Source: a virus
Virus record (IMG/VR): IMGVR_UViG_3300037237_000386
Span: 12,919 to 76,918 of that record
Length of the DNA: 64,000 nucleotides
Strand: one strand, 5' to 3'
The translations under genes were made by a program, and so were the position numbers. This document shows positions 28,839 through 38,891 of the stretch, in pieces. The notes under the pieces are model-generated. The model saw only the letters and a list, made by a program, of their open reading frames with translations, made no database searches and had not been told where the DNA came from. Each line of letters opens with the position of its first letter. Positions within the stretch are counted from its first letter, which is position 1.

Positions 28839-29962
28839 CGCGAGGCGACTTCTTCCTGATGTGCGTGCAGACGGCGGTGCTGAGGACGAGCATCACCATG
28901 CACCAGGCGCTTTCGGTCCTCGGGGACGCGTCGCGCGTGCCGGAGGAGGCGCTCGGCACGATGGCCCCGGCGGAGGCGGCGATGCACTTCGTGTACTGGA
29001 CGCTCGCCAAGCAGCAGGGCAAGGAGGGCGAGCGAGGGCAGTGGAAGAAGCCCGAGTGGCTCGAGGCGTGGGAGGAGGGCAGGAAGAACCGCCGCCTCAT
29101 TCGCGCGAACCCCGCCGCGGCCGGCGGCATGTGGTGGGCGAACGCGGAGGAGGTGCTGCTGAAGGTGACCGAGCAGGACGTCGAGGACGACGTCATCCCG
29201 TTCCCGAAGGAGTGCGTGCCGCTGATGACGAGCCGGCGCGAGCTCGTGGTCTCGACGGAGGGAGCGCGCCTCTTCGAGGCGTGGACGCAGACGATCCCGG
29301 GGCACGAGGAGGAGCCGTTCTTCTACGGCGACCCGCCGGGGGACGCGTGAGGCCGACACGTAAGCCGGGGACGGTGACGCTGGAGACGCGATGGAACTGC
29401 GACTGCTTCCACGCGCCCGAGGAGCACGGACCGGAGGGCTGCAACATCATGGGCGCAATGAGCGGCCCTTGTCCGTGCAAGAAGGCGAACCCGTGACGCT
29501 CCGCCTCGTCAAAGGCAACCGTCCGCCGCCGGAGTTGCCCACGGCGATGCGCCTGCACCGCGACGCGCTCAAGGCCCTGCTCGACGAGCGCGACTACCGG
29601 AAGGCGGAGGCCCTCGCGCGCGAGCTCAGGCAAGCCCCGGGCTTCCGCGAGGAGGGTGCGGCCATCATCGAGTGGGCCCGCCTGGCGAGCACGCGCGTGG
29701 TGGGCATCCCGAGCTACAGGCAGCCTTGGTGGGCGGGGCCTGCTATCGGTCCGTGACCATACCCGCCGTCCCTTGCAACGACTGCGCGCAGGACCGCGAC
29801 TGCTACGCGAAGCACCTCGTCACCTGGGACGTCGCCTCGTGCCACGACGTGCCGGCGGACCACACGTGGCTGCCCATCGCACGGAGCGAGGCGCAGGTGC
29901 ATCGGTGGTGGGCGCACGGCGTCGCCTGGGCGCTCTACGCACGAACCCCGAGGGCGTCGTGA
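28835..29962 (+). CDS. small hypothetical genes (28835-29350, 29347-29496, 29493-29756, 29753-29962)
   Basis: Coupled ORFs. Confidence 0.45.
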
Positions 29963-30064
29963 AGACGGGACACATGGCGTGCCTCTCGGCGTTGCGCGGG
30001 GAGCTCAAGAAGTAAGGGGCTGGCTTCACCCGAGGGTCCGGCGTTACGTTGATCGGGATCGGGC

Positions 30065-30724
30065 ATGAGGCGCAAGAAGACCAGCACGAAGGACGTGGCC
30101 CCGGAGCCGCGGGAGCGAGGGCGCGCGAAGGGGCACGACCCGACGCGACCCATCGGCCCGGGCAATCCACCGAACCCCGCCACGGCGGTTGTGTGGACGG
30201 CTGAGGAGGACGCGCGCCAGCTCGAGATCGTGCAGGAGCTTTGGCTGCAGTACGGCACACGCCAGCAGATCAGGAACGCGTTGCGGGGCGAGTTCCCGAC
30301 CATCCACGACAACCGGGTGGGGGAACTGTTCAAGCGGGTGCGCGAGCTCGCCGTCACCCAGGGCGAGGACGACCGCAAGCACGCGCGGGAGCTCGCCATC
30401 AACGCGGCGAAGCGGACCATCACGAGCATCGACGTGCAGATCGCGGAGGCGAAGAAGAAGGGCAAGCCGTTTCGCGGTTGGATACAGACGAAGCTCGCGT
30501 GGTGCCGGCACCTCGCGGACATCGAGGGGACCAGAGCACCGCTCGACGTGAACGTGCACGTGAACGTGGACCTGAGCGTCACGGTGCAAGCCATCATGGC
30601 GACGATGACGGCGGACCAGGTGGCGGAGATCGTCGAGGAGGAGCGGCGCCGGGACGAGATCGTGATGAACGCGGAGCCCAGGTTGCTGAGCGAGCACTCG
30701 CGCCCGGACGGGAGCGCGGAGTGA
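30065..30724 (+). CDS. putative terminase small subunit
   Basis: Helical basic protein with a C-terminal VNVHVNVDLSV strand, upstream of the large terminase; mainly positional. Confidence 0.4.
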   Translation: MRRKKTSTKDVAPEPRERGRAKGHDPTRPIGPGNPPNPATAVVWTAEEDARQLEIVQELWLQYGTRQQIRNALRGEFPTIHDNRVGELFKRVRELAVTQGEDDRKHARELAINAAKRTITSIDVQIAEAKKKGKPFRGWIQTKLAWCRHLADIEGTRAPLDVNVHVNVDLSVTVQAIMATMTADQVAEIVEEERRRDEIVMNAEPRLLSEHSRPDGSAE

Positions 30725-31381
30725 AGCGGCGTAAGCTCTGCGTGGGCACGAGGGAGCGCGACCTCGAAGGCCTGGTCAGCAACCAGGTGGTCACGGACGT
30801 AGAGCGCCGGCTGAAGCTGGGCGAGGAGTTCTGGAGAGCGCTCAAGGGAGCCCTGGTCACGGCGATGGGCGCGACGCGCGAGGGGGGTGTCAGCGTGGAG
30901 CGCCGGGGTCCTCAGGGTGCGGTGGGCGTCGAGGAGGGCATCCCGCGGGTGCTCTGCCTGCTGAGTGTCCAGGGTGGCAACGTGACGGTGCGAGCGGGGC
31001 TCGAGCTCGTGCCGGGCAAGGAGCGCACGAGGCCGGGGACGGTGACGAGCATGGTGGGTCGGAGTCGGGGGAAACCCGGGTTTCCCCCAAAGCAGTGAAC
31101 CGAAGGAGGCAGTGATGGACGACGACAAGATCGTGTTGGGTGGTGTGGAGCACAACTTGGTGGACGTGATGCGGGCGGTGGGCGCGCAGCTTGCGGCGAG
31201 GAGGAAGCAGAACGCGGGCAGCATCGGGATGTCCAAGGTGAAGGTGGAGCAGTCGGTGACGGTGCGGCTGTCGGAGTGTGACGACGCCGTGCTGGCGGTG
31301 AAGGTGCAGCTCGTCGACGACTACCCGCCGAACGTCGGTCCGATCTGCTTCGCGACGAGGCCCGTCGAAGCGCGAGCCTGA
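30721..31381 (+). CDS. two hypothetical genes (30721-31098, 31112-31381)
   Basis: ORFs between the putative terminase subunits. Confidence 0.45.
31070..31085. repeat. 16-bp palindrome copy 6 (extends to 22 bp)
   Basis: Read directly; read as GKPGFP at an ORF end. Confidence 0.97.
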
Positions 31382-31385
31382 GACG

Positions 31386-33038
31386 ATGCCCACGGGCGAG
31401 GAGCTGCTGAAGGGGGACGACGCAGCCGCGGTCAAAGCGGTGACGAAGCGCCTCCTCGCCCGGGCTGCGGCCGCACGTCACGACTTCAAAGCCTTCTTCG
31501 AGTTCGTGATGGAGGAGGAGAAGACGAAGGAGCGCGTGACCATGGCGGCGCATCAGCGCGTCGCCTCGGACTTCATGCTCGACCATCGACGCGCGGTGCT
31601 GATGATGCCCCGCGAGCATTCCAAGAGCTTCCTCATCGTCGCCCTCTTGCTCTGGCTCATCGGCCAGGACCAGAACTTCCGCGGCGCCATCGTCAGCGCG
31701 ACCGAGGGCCAGGCGGCCAAGATGGTGCGGGCGGTCGCGGACTACATCATGTACTCGGCACGGCTCCGTCTCGTGTTCCCGCACCTGCGCCCGAGCCAGC
31801 GCAGCAACGAGAAGTGGACGCAGACAGCCATCACCATCGACCGCCCGCACGGCACGCGCGATCCCACGCTCGTCGCCTTGGGCCTCCTCGGCGCCGTCCT
31901 CGGAGCTCGCCTCAAGGTCGTGGTCGTCGACGACATCCTCACGCAGGAGAACACCGCGACCGAGGAGCAGCGGCGGAAGACAATCGAGTGGATCGATGGC
32001 AGCGTGCTCGGCACCCTCGACAAGAAGGGCGACTCACGGGCCTACCTCGTGGGTACGGCGTGGCACCCGGCGGACCTCCTGCACGAGGCGACGCGCAAGG
32101 GCTGGGCGACACTCAAGATGAACATCGTGGGCGACGTCTTCGTGCAGGACGACGAGGACGAGACGAACCGCATCGGCAACGACAACGCGGACTGCTGGGA
32201 CCACGAGGAGCTGCGCCTCGGCAAGCATCCGTACCTGCGGCTCAAGAGCCACGATCCAGATCCGAAGGACGAGGTGCTGCTCTGGCCCGAGGTGTTCGGC
32301 AATCAGAAGGATCTGGCGAAGCTCCGGCGCTCCAAGCTGCCGACCGTCTTCCAGCAGATGTACATGATGATCGCTCGCGACCAGGCGAGCGCGCTGTTCC
32401 AGGACGAGTGGTTCCGCACGTGCATGAAGAAGGCGCGCGAGGCGGGCGTCTATCGGCTCGTCGACAAGTACGAGGGGCCGGAGCTCGTGTTCGTGGGCGT
32501 CGACCTCGGCATCGAGGTGGGCGAGCACAACGACGACACGAGCTACTTCACGTTCATGGTGCTGCAGAGCGGGCACCGGGTCATCCTCGACATCGAGTTC
32601 GGCAAGTTCGACGGGGCGCAGAAGGTGCAGAAGGTCATCGAGAAGTGCCAGCGCTACAACGCCGCCTGCTGCATCGTGGAGAGCAACGGCGGGCAGAAGC
32701 TCCTCGCAGAGTGGGCCCTCGACAAGAACATCAGCTTGCCGGTGAAGGCGGTGCAGACGACAGCCGCCAAGGCGCACCCGGAGCGAGGCATCCCGGGCCT
32801 GGCGCTCGAGTTCTACAACGGCGCGTGGATGGTCCCGAACGACGAGCATGGCCAGGAGGACGAGCGCGTGGCGCGGTTCCATTCGGAGTGCATCAACTAC
32901 GTTCCCGACAAGCACACGGGCGACGTGCTCATGTCCGCTTGGCTCGCGTTCGAGGGAGCGAGGCAGTGGGGCATCGGCACGGGGGCCCAGGCGGTCAACG
33001 ACGGGAGCGCGGGACTCGCGAGCTTCATGGACCGCTGA
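31386..33038 (+). CDS. terL: terminase large subunit
   Basis: PREHSKS Walker A, VVVVDD Walker B, VGTAWH coupling motif, FQQMYM, GVDLG / VESN / HTGDVLMS nuclease acidic motifs. Confidence 0.9.
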   Translation: MPTGEELLKGDDAAAVKAVTKRLLARAAAARHDFKAFFEFVMEEEKTKERVTMAAHQRVASDFMLDHRRAVLMMPREHSKSFLIVALLLWLIGQDQNFRGAIVSATEGQAAKMVRAVADYIMYSARLRLVFPHLRPSQRSNEKWTQTAITIDRPHGTRDPTLVALGLLGAVLGARLKVVVVDDILTQENTATEEQRRKTIEWIDGSVLGTLDKKGDSRAYLVGTAWHPADLLHEATRKGWATLKMNIVGDVFVQDDEDETNRIGNDNADCWDHEELRLGKHPYLRLKSHDPDPKDEVLLWPEVFGNQKDLAKLRRSKLPTVFQQMYMMIARDQASALFQDEWFRTCMKKAREAGVYRLVDKYEGPELVFVGVDLGIEVGEHNDDTSYFTFMVLQSGHRVILDIEFGKFDGAQKVQKVIEKCQRYNAACCIVESNGGQKLLAEWALDKNISLPVKAVQTTAAKAHPERGIPGLALEFYNGAWMVPNDEHGQEDERVARFHSECINYVPDKHTGDVLMSAWLAFEGARQWGIGTGAQAVNDGSAGLASFMDR

Positions 33039-33836
33039 AGCGCGGCATGACGCGGAGCATGGCTGTCATCTCGGAGAAGCTGAAGGAGCGGTACGGGTGG
33101 GTCACGCAGGAGATGTTCACGGAGAAGCTGGGGAGCATCCACACGCGCATGAAGAAGGCGAGGGGCTGATGGTGGCGACACCGGAGCAGATGCTGCAGAA
33201 CATCGAGAAGCTGGAGCGCATGAAGGACACGATGACGCGGGAGGCGAAGAAGTGGGTCGCCTACCTCGCGTCGCTGCCGAACGACGAGGAGCGCGCGAAG
33301 GAGCTCACCCGGAAGTTCCTCGAGGTGGCGCTGGAGGCGCGCATCGACCGATGAAGCCCGAGGACGAGTACGTGGCGATGGCCATCGCGCAGGCGCTGGA
33401 CCGAGATGCAGAGGAGCGGTTCACCAGGTTCCTCAGCCGGCGTTCCGTGGCCGAGCAGAACGCCGCGAAGCTCGCGCAGAAGCACCACGAGGAGCTCATC
33501 GCGAACATCACGAGCCTGTTCCAGGAGACGGCACCCGGACAGATCGCACGAAGGACGCGGTAGCGAGGAAGGCCACGGAGGCGTTCGACGCCGCAGCCAA
33601 GACGTACGAGGGCAAGGAGGAGGCGAAGGACGTCATGCGCGCGAAGGAGAGCGCGATGGCAGCCATCTCGGAGGGGGCCGCGTACGGCAACGGCTTGAGC
33701 GTCGAGGCGAACGGCTCGCGCTCGCAGGGGTACGTGAGCCTGAACCTCACCGTGAAGGGCGTGCAGCTCGCCCTCGACGAGGCCCCGCCCGCGCCCCCGG
33801 CGACGTGAGGCCCCGCGTCGCGCTAAGCTGGTCCCC

Positions 33837-34295
33837 ATGAACGGCAACCCGGTGGACCAGCTCAGCGACGACGCGATGGCGGCCAGCAAGGCGGCGCAGG
33901 CCAGCCACACCCCGGCGCTCCATCAGGACGCCAGCAAGAAGCACCAGGCGGCGCACATCGGCGCGCTCTCGGGCAACCGACCGAGCCTCGCTCAGCACCA
34001 CCTGCAGCAAGCCGCCCTGCACGACCGGCACGGCGACCCCACGACGCCCGAGGGCAAGACGACGGTGGCTCACCAGGCGAGCGCCATCGCGAACGCGAGC
34101 GGCAAGGCCCCGGACCACGAGGCGGCGGCCAACGCGCACGGGGAGGCGGCCGATGCGCGTTGGCAGGACGGTAACGGCAAGCTCGGGTTCGGCCATCAGG
34201 AGAAGCAGCACGAGCACCGGATGAAGGCCGAGCGCATCAAGAATCCGCCCCCGGGCAGCCGGCAGATGGACGGTCCCGGCCCGATGCCGGGCTGA
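33837..34295 (+). CDS. His/Ala-rich hypothetical protein
   Basis: Repeated HxxAAxAH-like units; leaderless start after TAAGCT. Confidence 0.6.
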   Translation: MNGNPVDQLSDDAMAASKAAQASHTPALHQDASKKHQAAHIGALSGNRPSLAQHHLQQAALHDRHGDPTTPEGKTTVAHQASAIANASGKAPDHEAAANAHGEAADARWQDGNGKLGFGHQEKQHEHRMKAERIKNPPPGSRQMDGPGPMPG

Positions 34296-34297
34296 GC

Positions 34298-35999
34298 GTG
34301 CAGTTCGATCCCGCATCCGTCGCGGCGCTGCAGGCGACGCTCCTCGCGCGGGCGGTGGCGCAGCAGTTCGCGTTCACGACGACGGCCACGGCGCAGCTGT
34401 ACATCCAGCACTACGCCGTGAGCGCGCCGAGGCCGGTCTCGAGCTCGCGCGTGATCATCACGTGGAGTGCGGTCTATCGGAGCCCGACGAGCACCGTCTA
34501 TCAGCCGGACGGCAAGAGCGTGGCCTACGTCACGGGAGGCGTGGAGCGGGGCTTCGGTCCGGAGAGCATCGTGGTGGACGCGGCGCAGCAGCTCGTCGGC
34601 CAGGGCCTCCTCCTGCAGCACGCCAAGGCGTGCTTCGACCAGCATGACCAGCGCATGAAGAACGTGGGCCTGGTGCCGCAGCGACTGCCCTGAGGGGAAA
34701 CCCGGGTTTCCTCCGGCGGCATGACGCCCGGCATGGCTGAGGACTGTCAGCACGGGGACGTGCAGCGGGAGGTGGTCAACGCGGGAGGCGAGCGCACGTG
34801 CGTGTGGTGCGAGGTGGCGCGCCTTCGAAGGGAGCTCGCGCTCGTCCACGGGGACAGAGCCATCTTCGAGCAGCGAGCCGGTGACGCGGAGCGGGAGCTC
34901 ACAGCCACGAAGCGAATGCTTGGCCAGGAGATCGCGGCGCGCGCGAGGGCGGAGCAGCGCGCCAATGATGCGGAGAGGAGGACGACGCGATGAGCCGGTC
35001 GAACAAGGCGAGGCACGGGACTGAGTGCAAGACGCGGAAGGACACGATGTACGCGGCGAGGTGCCAGGCCCGTGCGAGGGCGAAGCGTAAGCAGCGGGAG
35101 CATCAGCAGGACAGGGCGAAGGCCAAGCGACAGGAAGCGCGAGAGGTTGGTCGATGAGCTGGTGGGAGTGGTGCTCGAGGGTGGTCGCGGGGGTGGCGCT
35201 GATTCTGTTCATCGCGGAGCTGCGCCGCCGCGCGAAGGCCAAGGGGTACGCCGAGGGCTACGCGAAGGGCATGGCGGACGAGCAGGTGCTGCGCGCCCAG
35301 GGGGTGCCCATCGGGGTCACGATGCGTGTGCTCCCGGGCAAGGAGACGGTCGCGGACAAGGAGGCGGAGCTCCGCATGCACGCGGGTTTGCCGCCGAAGA
35401 AGGAGAGGACCAATTGAAGTCGCTGCTGGAGTTCAAGTGCGAGGACAGGATCGGGACGAACCCGGACGTGGCGGCAAGCATCGTGTGGCACGTCGTGAAG
35501 AAGGCGGGCGACCAGAAGCTGCACGTGACGGAGGTGCGCATCGCGATCAGGAGCGTGTTCGTGGAGATCGAAGTGCCCGACGAGCTCTCGCGGTTCGACG
35601 CGGACGCGTACTCGAGGGTCGTCGGCGAGCAGTTGAAGGACGCGGTAGTGGAGGGGGCGAGGGTGGCGACGACACTCTCAAGGCGGACCGATGAAGGCCG
35701 GGGTGAGGCGATTTTGGTGGGTCATGCAACATCGTCGCCCATCCGCTGATGGTGGTGTGGCCTCGGGTGGGCGAGAGGCTTCACGAGTGGACCGGACGGA
35801 GGATGTGATGGCTGAAGAAAAGTACCCGTGTCCGTGTGGCCGTGCACCGTTCGGGCAACCCATCATGGTGCCGTGTCGGTGTGGCGCGAACTGGTGTGAG
35901 GCTTGTGCTCACACGAAGTGCCACGTCGATCCACCCGTCGCCGGTACGACGATCCCGAACGGCGGTGACTGGCGAGGGGCAGCCGGAGGCCCGTTTTGA
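34298..35999 (+). CDS. small hypothetical genes (34298-34693, 34721-34993, 35154-35417, 35414-35749, about 35808-35999)
   Basis: Consecutive ORFs; 35154 has an N-terminal hydrophobic helix. Confidence 0.4.
34696..34711. repeat. 16-bp palindrome copy 7
   Basis: Read directly; 2 nt after a TGA. Confidence 0.97.
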
Positions 36000-36035
36000 C
36001 ACTCGGCATTGTGCGCGCGGCGTGAGGGAGAGACC

Positions 36036-36914
36036 ATGAGCAAGCGGACGACCGAGTTTCTACCACCCGTCACCTACCAAGGCGGCAAGGGCCGCCTAGC
36101 AGCGCAGATCGTCGAGACGATGGGGCTCCCCATCGCCGGTCGATTCTATGACCTCTGTTGCGGCTCGGGCGCCATCTCAGTTGCCGCAGTCGAGCGGGGC
36201 CAAGACCCGAGCCGCATCACAATGGTCGACCTCTCGCCATGGGGTCTCTTCTGGAAGTCGATTGGCGACGGGTCCTTTGACGTTTCTCAATTCGAGTTGC
36301 ATGCAGCGCGAGTGCCACGCGACCCCTGGAAGATAAAAGAATACGTAGAAGCCCTTTCGCGAGAGCGCGTGGGCGACGATCGCGTCTATGTGTTCCTGAT
36401 CTTGCAGGCTGCACGGTTTGGCGGCGCGGCGATCTGGATTGACGGAGAGAAGTGGTGTGGCGGCGGCTTCCGTCAATACTGGACATCGGCGTCGTCGAAA
36501 AAGGAACCGACACGCGGTCGAGAGAACCCCAATTCAACACCGCCCATGTGCCCCATGCCCGACGTCATCGTAGCGCGGTGCCGATCGCTCGCTCAGAGGA
36601 TGCGAGGGGTACGAGCCATCTGCGACGACCTTGGCAGACCGGGATTCGACCTGCGTCTAGTCGTTGGGGACGGAGATGTTGCTTACATCGATCCCCCCTA
36701 CGCAGGGACGTCGAAATATGGCTACGAAGTTGACGCCTCAAAACTGGCCTCGTCGCTCGGCGTGCCGTGTTGGGTTTCTGAGGGACGCGGACTTACACCT
36801 GGCGCCATCTGTCTCTCGCGTGGACGCATGAAGGGCGGCATGTCCGGCACCCGAACACGCGCTCCGAACGAAGAATGGATCAGTCCGTTCGGAACCGAAA
36901 AAGTGCGGACATGA
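36036..36914 (+). CDS. Dam-like (D12 class) DNA adenine methyltransferase
   Basis: YQGGKGRLA, FYDLCCGSGAIS, YIDPPY; atypical codon usage. Confidence 0.82.
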   Translation: MSKRTTEFLPPVTYQGGKGRLAAQIVETMGLPIAGRFYDLCCGSGAISVAAVERGQDPSRITMVDLSPWGLFWKSIGDGSFDVSQFELHAARVPRDPWKIKEYVEALSRERVGDDRVYVFLILQAARFGGAAIWIDGEKWCGGGFRQYWTSASSKKEPTRGRENPNSTPPMCPMPDVIVARCRSLAQRMRGVRAICDDLGRPGFDLRLVVGDGDVAYIDPPYAGTSKYGYEVDASKLASSLGVPCWVSEGRGLTPGAICLSRGRMKGGMSGTRTRAPNEEWISPFGTEKVRT

Positions 36915-36933
36915 CACTCGCGCTTTTGCGCGC
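36903..36933 (+). repeat. 31-bp direct repeat GTGCGGACRTGACACTCGCGCTTTTGCGCGC, copy A
   Basis: Matches 38839..38869 at 30 of 31 positions; a degenerate core lies at 35997..36018. Confidence 0.9.
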
Positions 36934-36965
36934 GTGTAGCGACGAACAGCAGGAGAGGTGAGACC

Positions 36966-38040
36966 ATGTACCGAATCGAGAGGCAGCACGAGGGACCGAC
37001 GCGGGGGCACTGGCTCCCGGTCAAGGGGGCAACGTACGGGACGCGCGAGGAGGCCGCCACGGCGCTCAGGGAGACCATGGCGAACGAGCTGCGGCGGGCG
37101 AAGGCAGAGGGCCGGAGCAAGACGGAGCGGTTCAGGATTGCGCTGGCGGTCACGGCGGCGTGCATGGTGCTCCAGTGAGCAGGGGGTCGACGCCCATCTC
37201 GGGCTCTCCCGAAGAAGTGGCCGAGCTGCGCGTGGTGGCCAAGGCGCCACCTCAGATGCTGGAGCAGAAGGCCGAGCTGGAGGCCGCGTATGCCCGCATC
37301 AAGGAGCTGATGGCTGAGGCCGAGAAGGAAGAGGTGCGCTGGCAGGAGCGCATCGCGGCGGTAATCACGTCCGCCGGCCTGACGCCAATCGATGCGAGCG
37401 GAAACGAGTCGGGCGACCCGCTCGATTGGACCGCGGATCAAGTAGCGGCAGCACTAGGGGAGTTGAATGCAGCAGCCGACGAATCGCGCGCCCACGACGG
37501 GGCGCTTTCCGCGTTCTCCCCCGAACAGCGCGCCGAACTGGAGAAGCCGATTGCTCCCGCCCCCGCACTGGATCGGTGGGACGGTACGTTCCTGAACTGC
37601 TGTGGCCTTCGGCAGCTCGCGGCGACATGGTGTCGACTCTGCCGCCTCGACAGGGACGGAAAGCCACACGGGAGGGGGGCGTAATGGGGCAGTACAGGGA
37701 GCGACACGGACGAGATGGTGAGAAGATTCAGCTCGTCCTCACGTCGGATGAGCAGAAGCGCATCTGGGCGAATGCGGAGCGAACGGCTGAGCGCGTGCGG
37801 CAGTGGCCTGAGTGGAAACGCGGCGGGCATCAAGGGCGATTTGTGCTCGCCCTCACGTGCTGCGGCCGAGACGACGGCGAAGCCTCATTCGATACGTGGG
37901 ATGATGCGGACGAGTTCCGTGAGCACTACCTGTCCGGTCCCGGCGTCGGTCTCCCGACAGAGACACGCTTCGGCCGTGGAGGTCATTCGAGGAGCGCGAT
38001 CATCGTCGTTTGCGCTGTACGTACTGAACGCCCGTCTTAG
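36966..38040 (+). CDS. small hypothetical genes (36966-37178, 37175-37684, 37684-38040)
   Basis: Coupled ORFs in a lower-GC cassette. Confidence 0.45.
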
Positions 38041-38056
38041 AATCGACACCAGGCCC

Positions 38057-38085
38057 TTGCGCTGTACGTACGGAGCACGTATAGT
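38057..38085 (+). promoter_or_regulatory. sigma70-type promoter TTGCGC-N17-TATAGT with a repeated TTGCGCTGTACGTAC operator-like element
   Basis: 17-nt spacer; the same 15-mer recurs about 47 nt upstream. Confidence 0.7.
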
Positions 38086-38089
38086 CTAG

Positions 38090-38352
38090 TCATCAGACAG
38101 CGACGACGCCCGCTGCGGGGATGGGCTCCCGGTAAGAAGGGCTGAGAAGAAGGTGCGTACCTACAAGGAACGCGCGGGACTGCGGTGGCTAAGAGCCGAG
38201 CGAGCGCGGGAAGGTGAAAGTAGGGCTTGCACCGAAAGCCCCCTAATGGCCGCGAGGCAGGACGAAGGGGTGAGTAGGCGGCCGTCCGAAATGCCCTAAC
38301 CTGTACGTCTCCGTAACCGCTCGGCGCTTCAAGCCGCCTCGACGTTCGGCTC
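38090..38352 (+). ncRNA. candidate structured RNA or long 5' leader
   Basis: ORF-free on +, follows a promoter, contains several hairpins (GGCT-AAG-AGCC, GGGCTT-N7-AAGCCC, GCC-GCGA-GGC). Confidence 0.4.
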
Positions 38353-38359
38353 AGGAGAG

Positions 38360-38680
38360 ATGACGCACGCACCTTCTTCTCAGCCCTTGAGAGGACGAGA
38401 GATGGACTTCACGGCAATCGACCTGTTCGACGGAGAGTTTTCGTTCCTGCCGTTCGAGGCGGGCGTTCGCTACGGCGAGGTCCCGCTCTACCCGACCAGC
38501 GAGGACTTCCACAACTTCGTCAGCACGAAGTGTCACGAGCAGCGTCCTGCGGCACACTGGCACCTGGAGGCCGTCCGCTGGCGCCGTCAACACCCTGGCA
38601 AGCCGCTGAACGATGGCCTCAAGGAAATCGCCATCGCGACCGCAGCGGCCATCCACAAGACGCTCGACGAGGACCGATGA
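38360..38680 (+). CDS. hypothetical protein
   Basis: AGGAG RBS before the ATG. Confidence 0.5.
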   Translation: MTHAPSSQPLRGREMDFTAIDLFDGEFSFLPFEAGVRYGEVPLYPTSEDFHNFVSTKCHEQRPAAHWHLEAVRWRRQHPGKPLNDGLKEIAIATAAAIHKTLDEDR

Positions 38681-38850
38681 CGCGCTCCGGCACCCCGACG
38701 ACGCCCAACGGCCGGCGCAAGCGTCCGATGGTGACGCTGACGCTCTCGCCGGAGGCACTTGCCCGGCTGGACGACCTCGCAGCCGAGCGCGGGCAGACGC
38801 GCAGCGGTGCCGTCGAGGCCCTCATCCGCAACGCGCGCGTGCGGACGTGA
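38677..38850 (+). CDS. ribbon-helix-helix (CopG-like) regulator
   Basis: RPMVTLTLSPEALARLDDLAAERGQTRSGAVEALI. Confidence 0.8.
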   Translation: MTRSGTPTTPNGRRKRPMVTLTLSPEALARLDDLAAERGQTRSGAVEALIRNARVRT

Positions 38851-38869
38851 CACTCGCGCTTTTGCGCGC
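38839..38869 (+). repeat. 31-bp direct repeat, copy B
   Basis: See copy A. Confidence 0.9.
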
Positions 38870-38891
38870 AAACCGAGAGGAGACGACCGAG

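Noticed and set aside
38090-38352. TPP riboswitch or hammerhead ribozyme
   Set aside because: GCTGAGA is present but the rest of either consensus could not be found; kept only as an unclassified RNA candidate.
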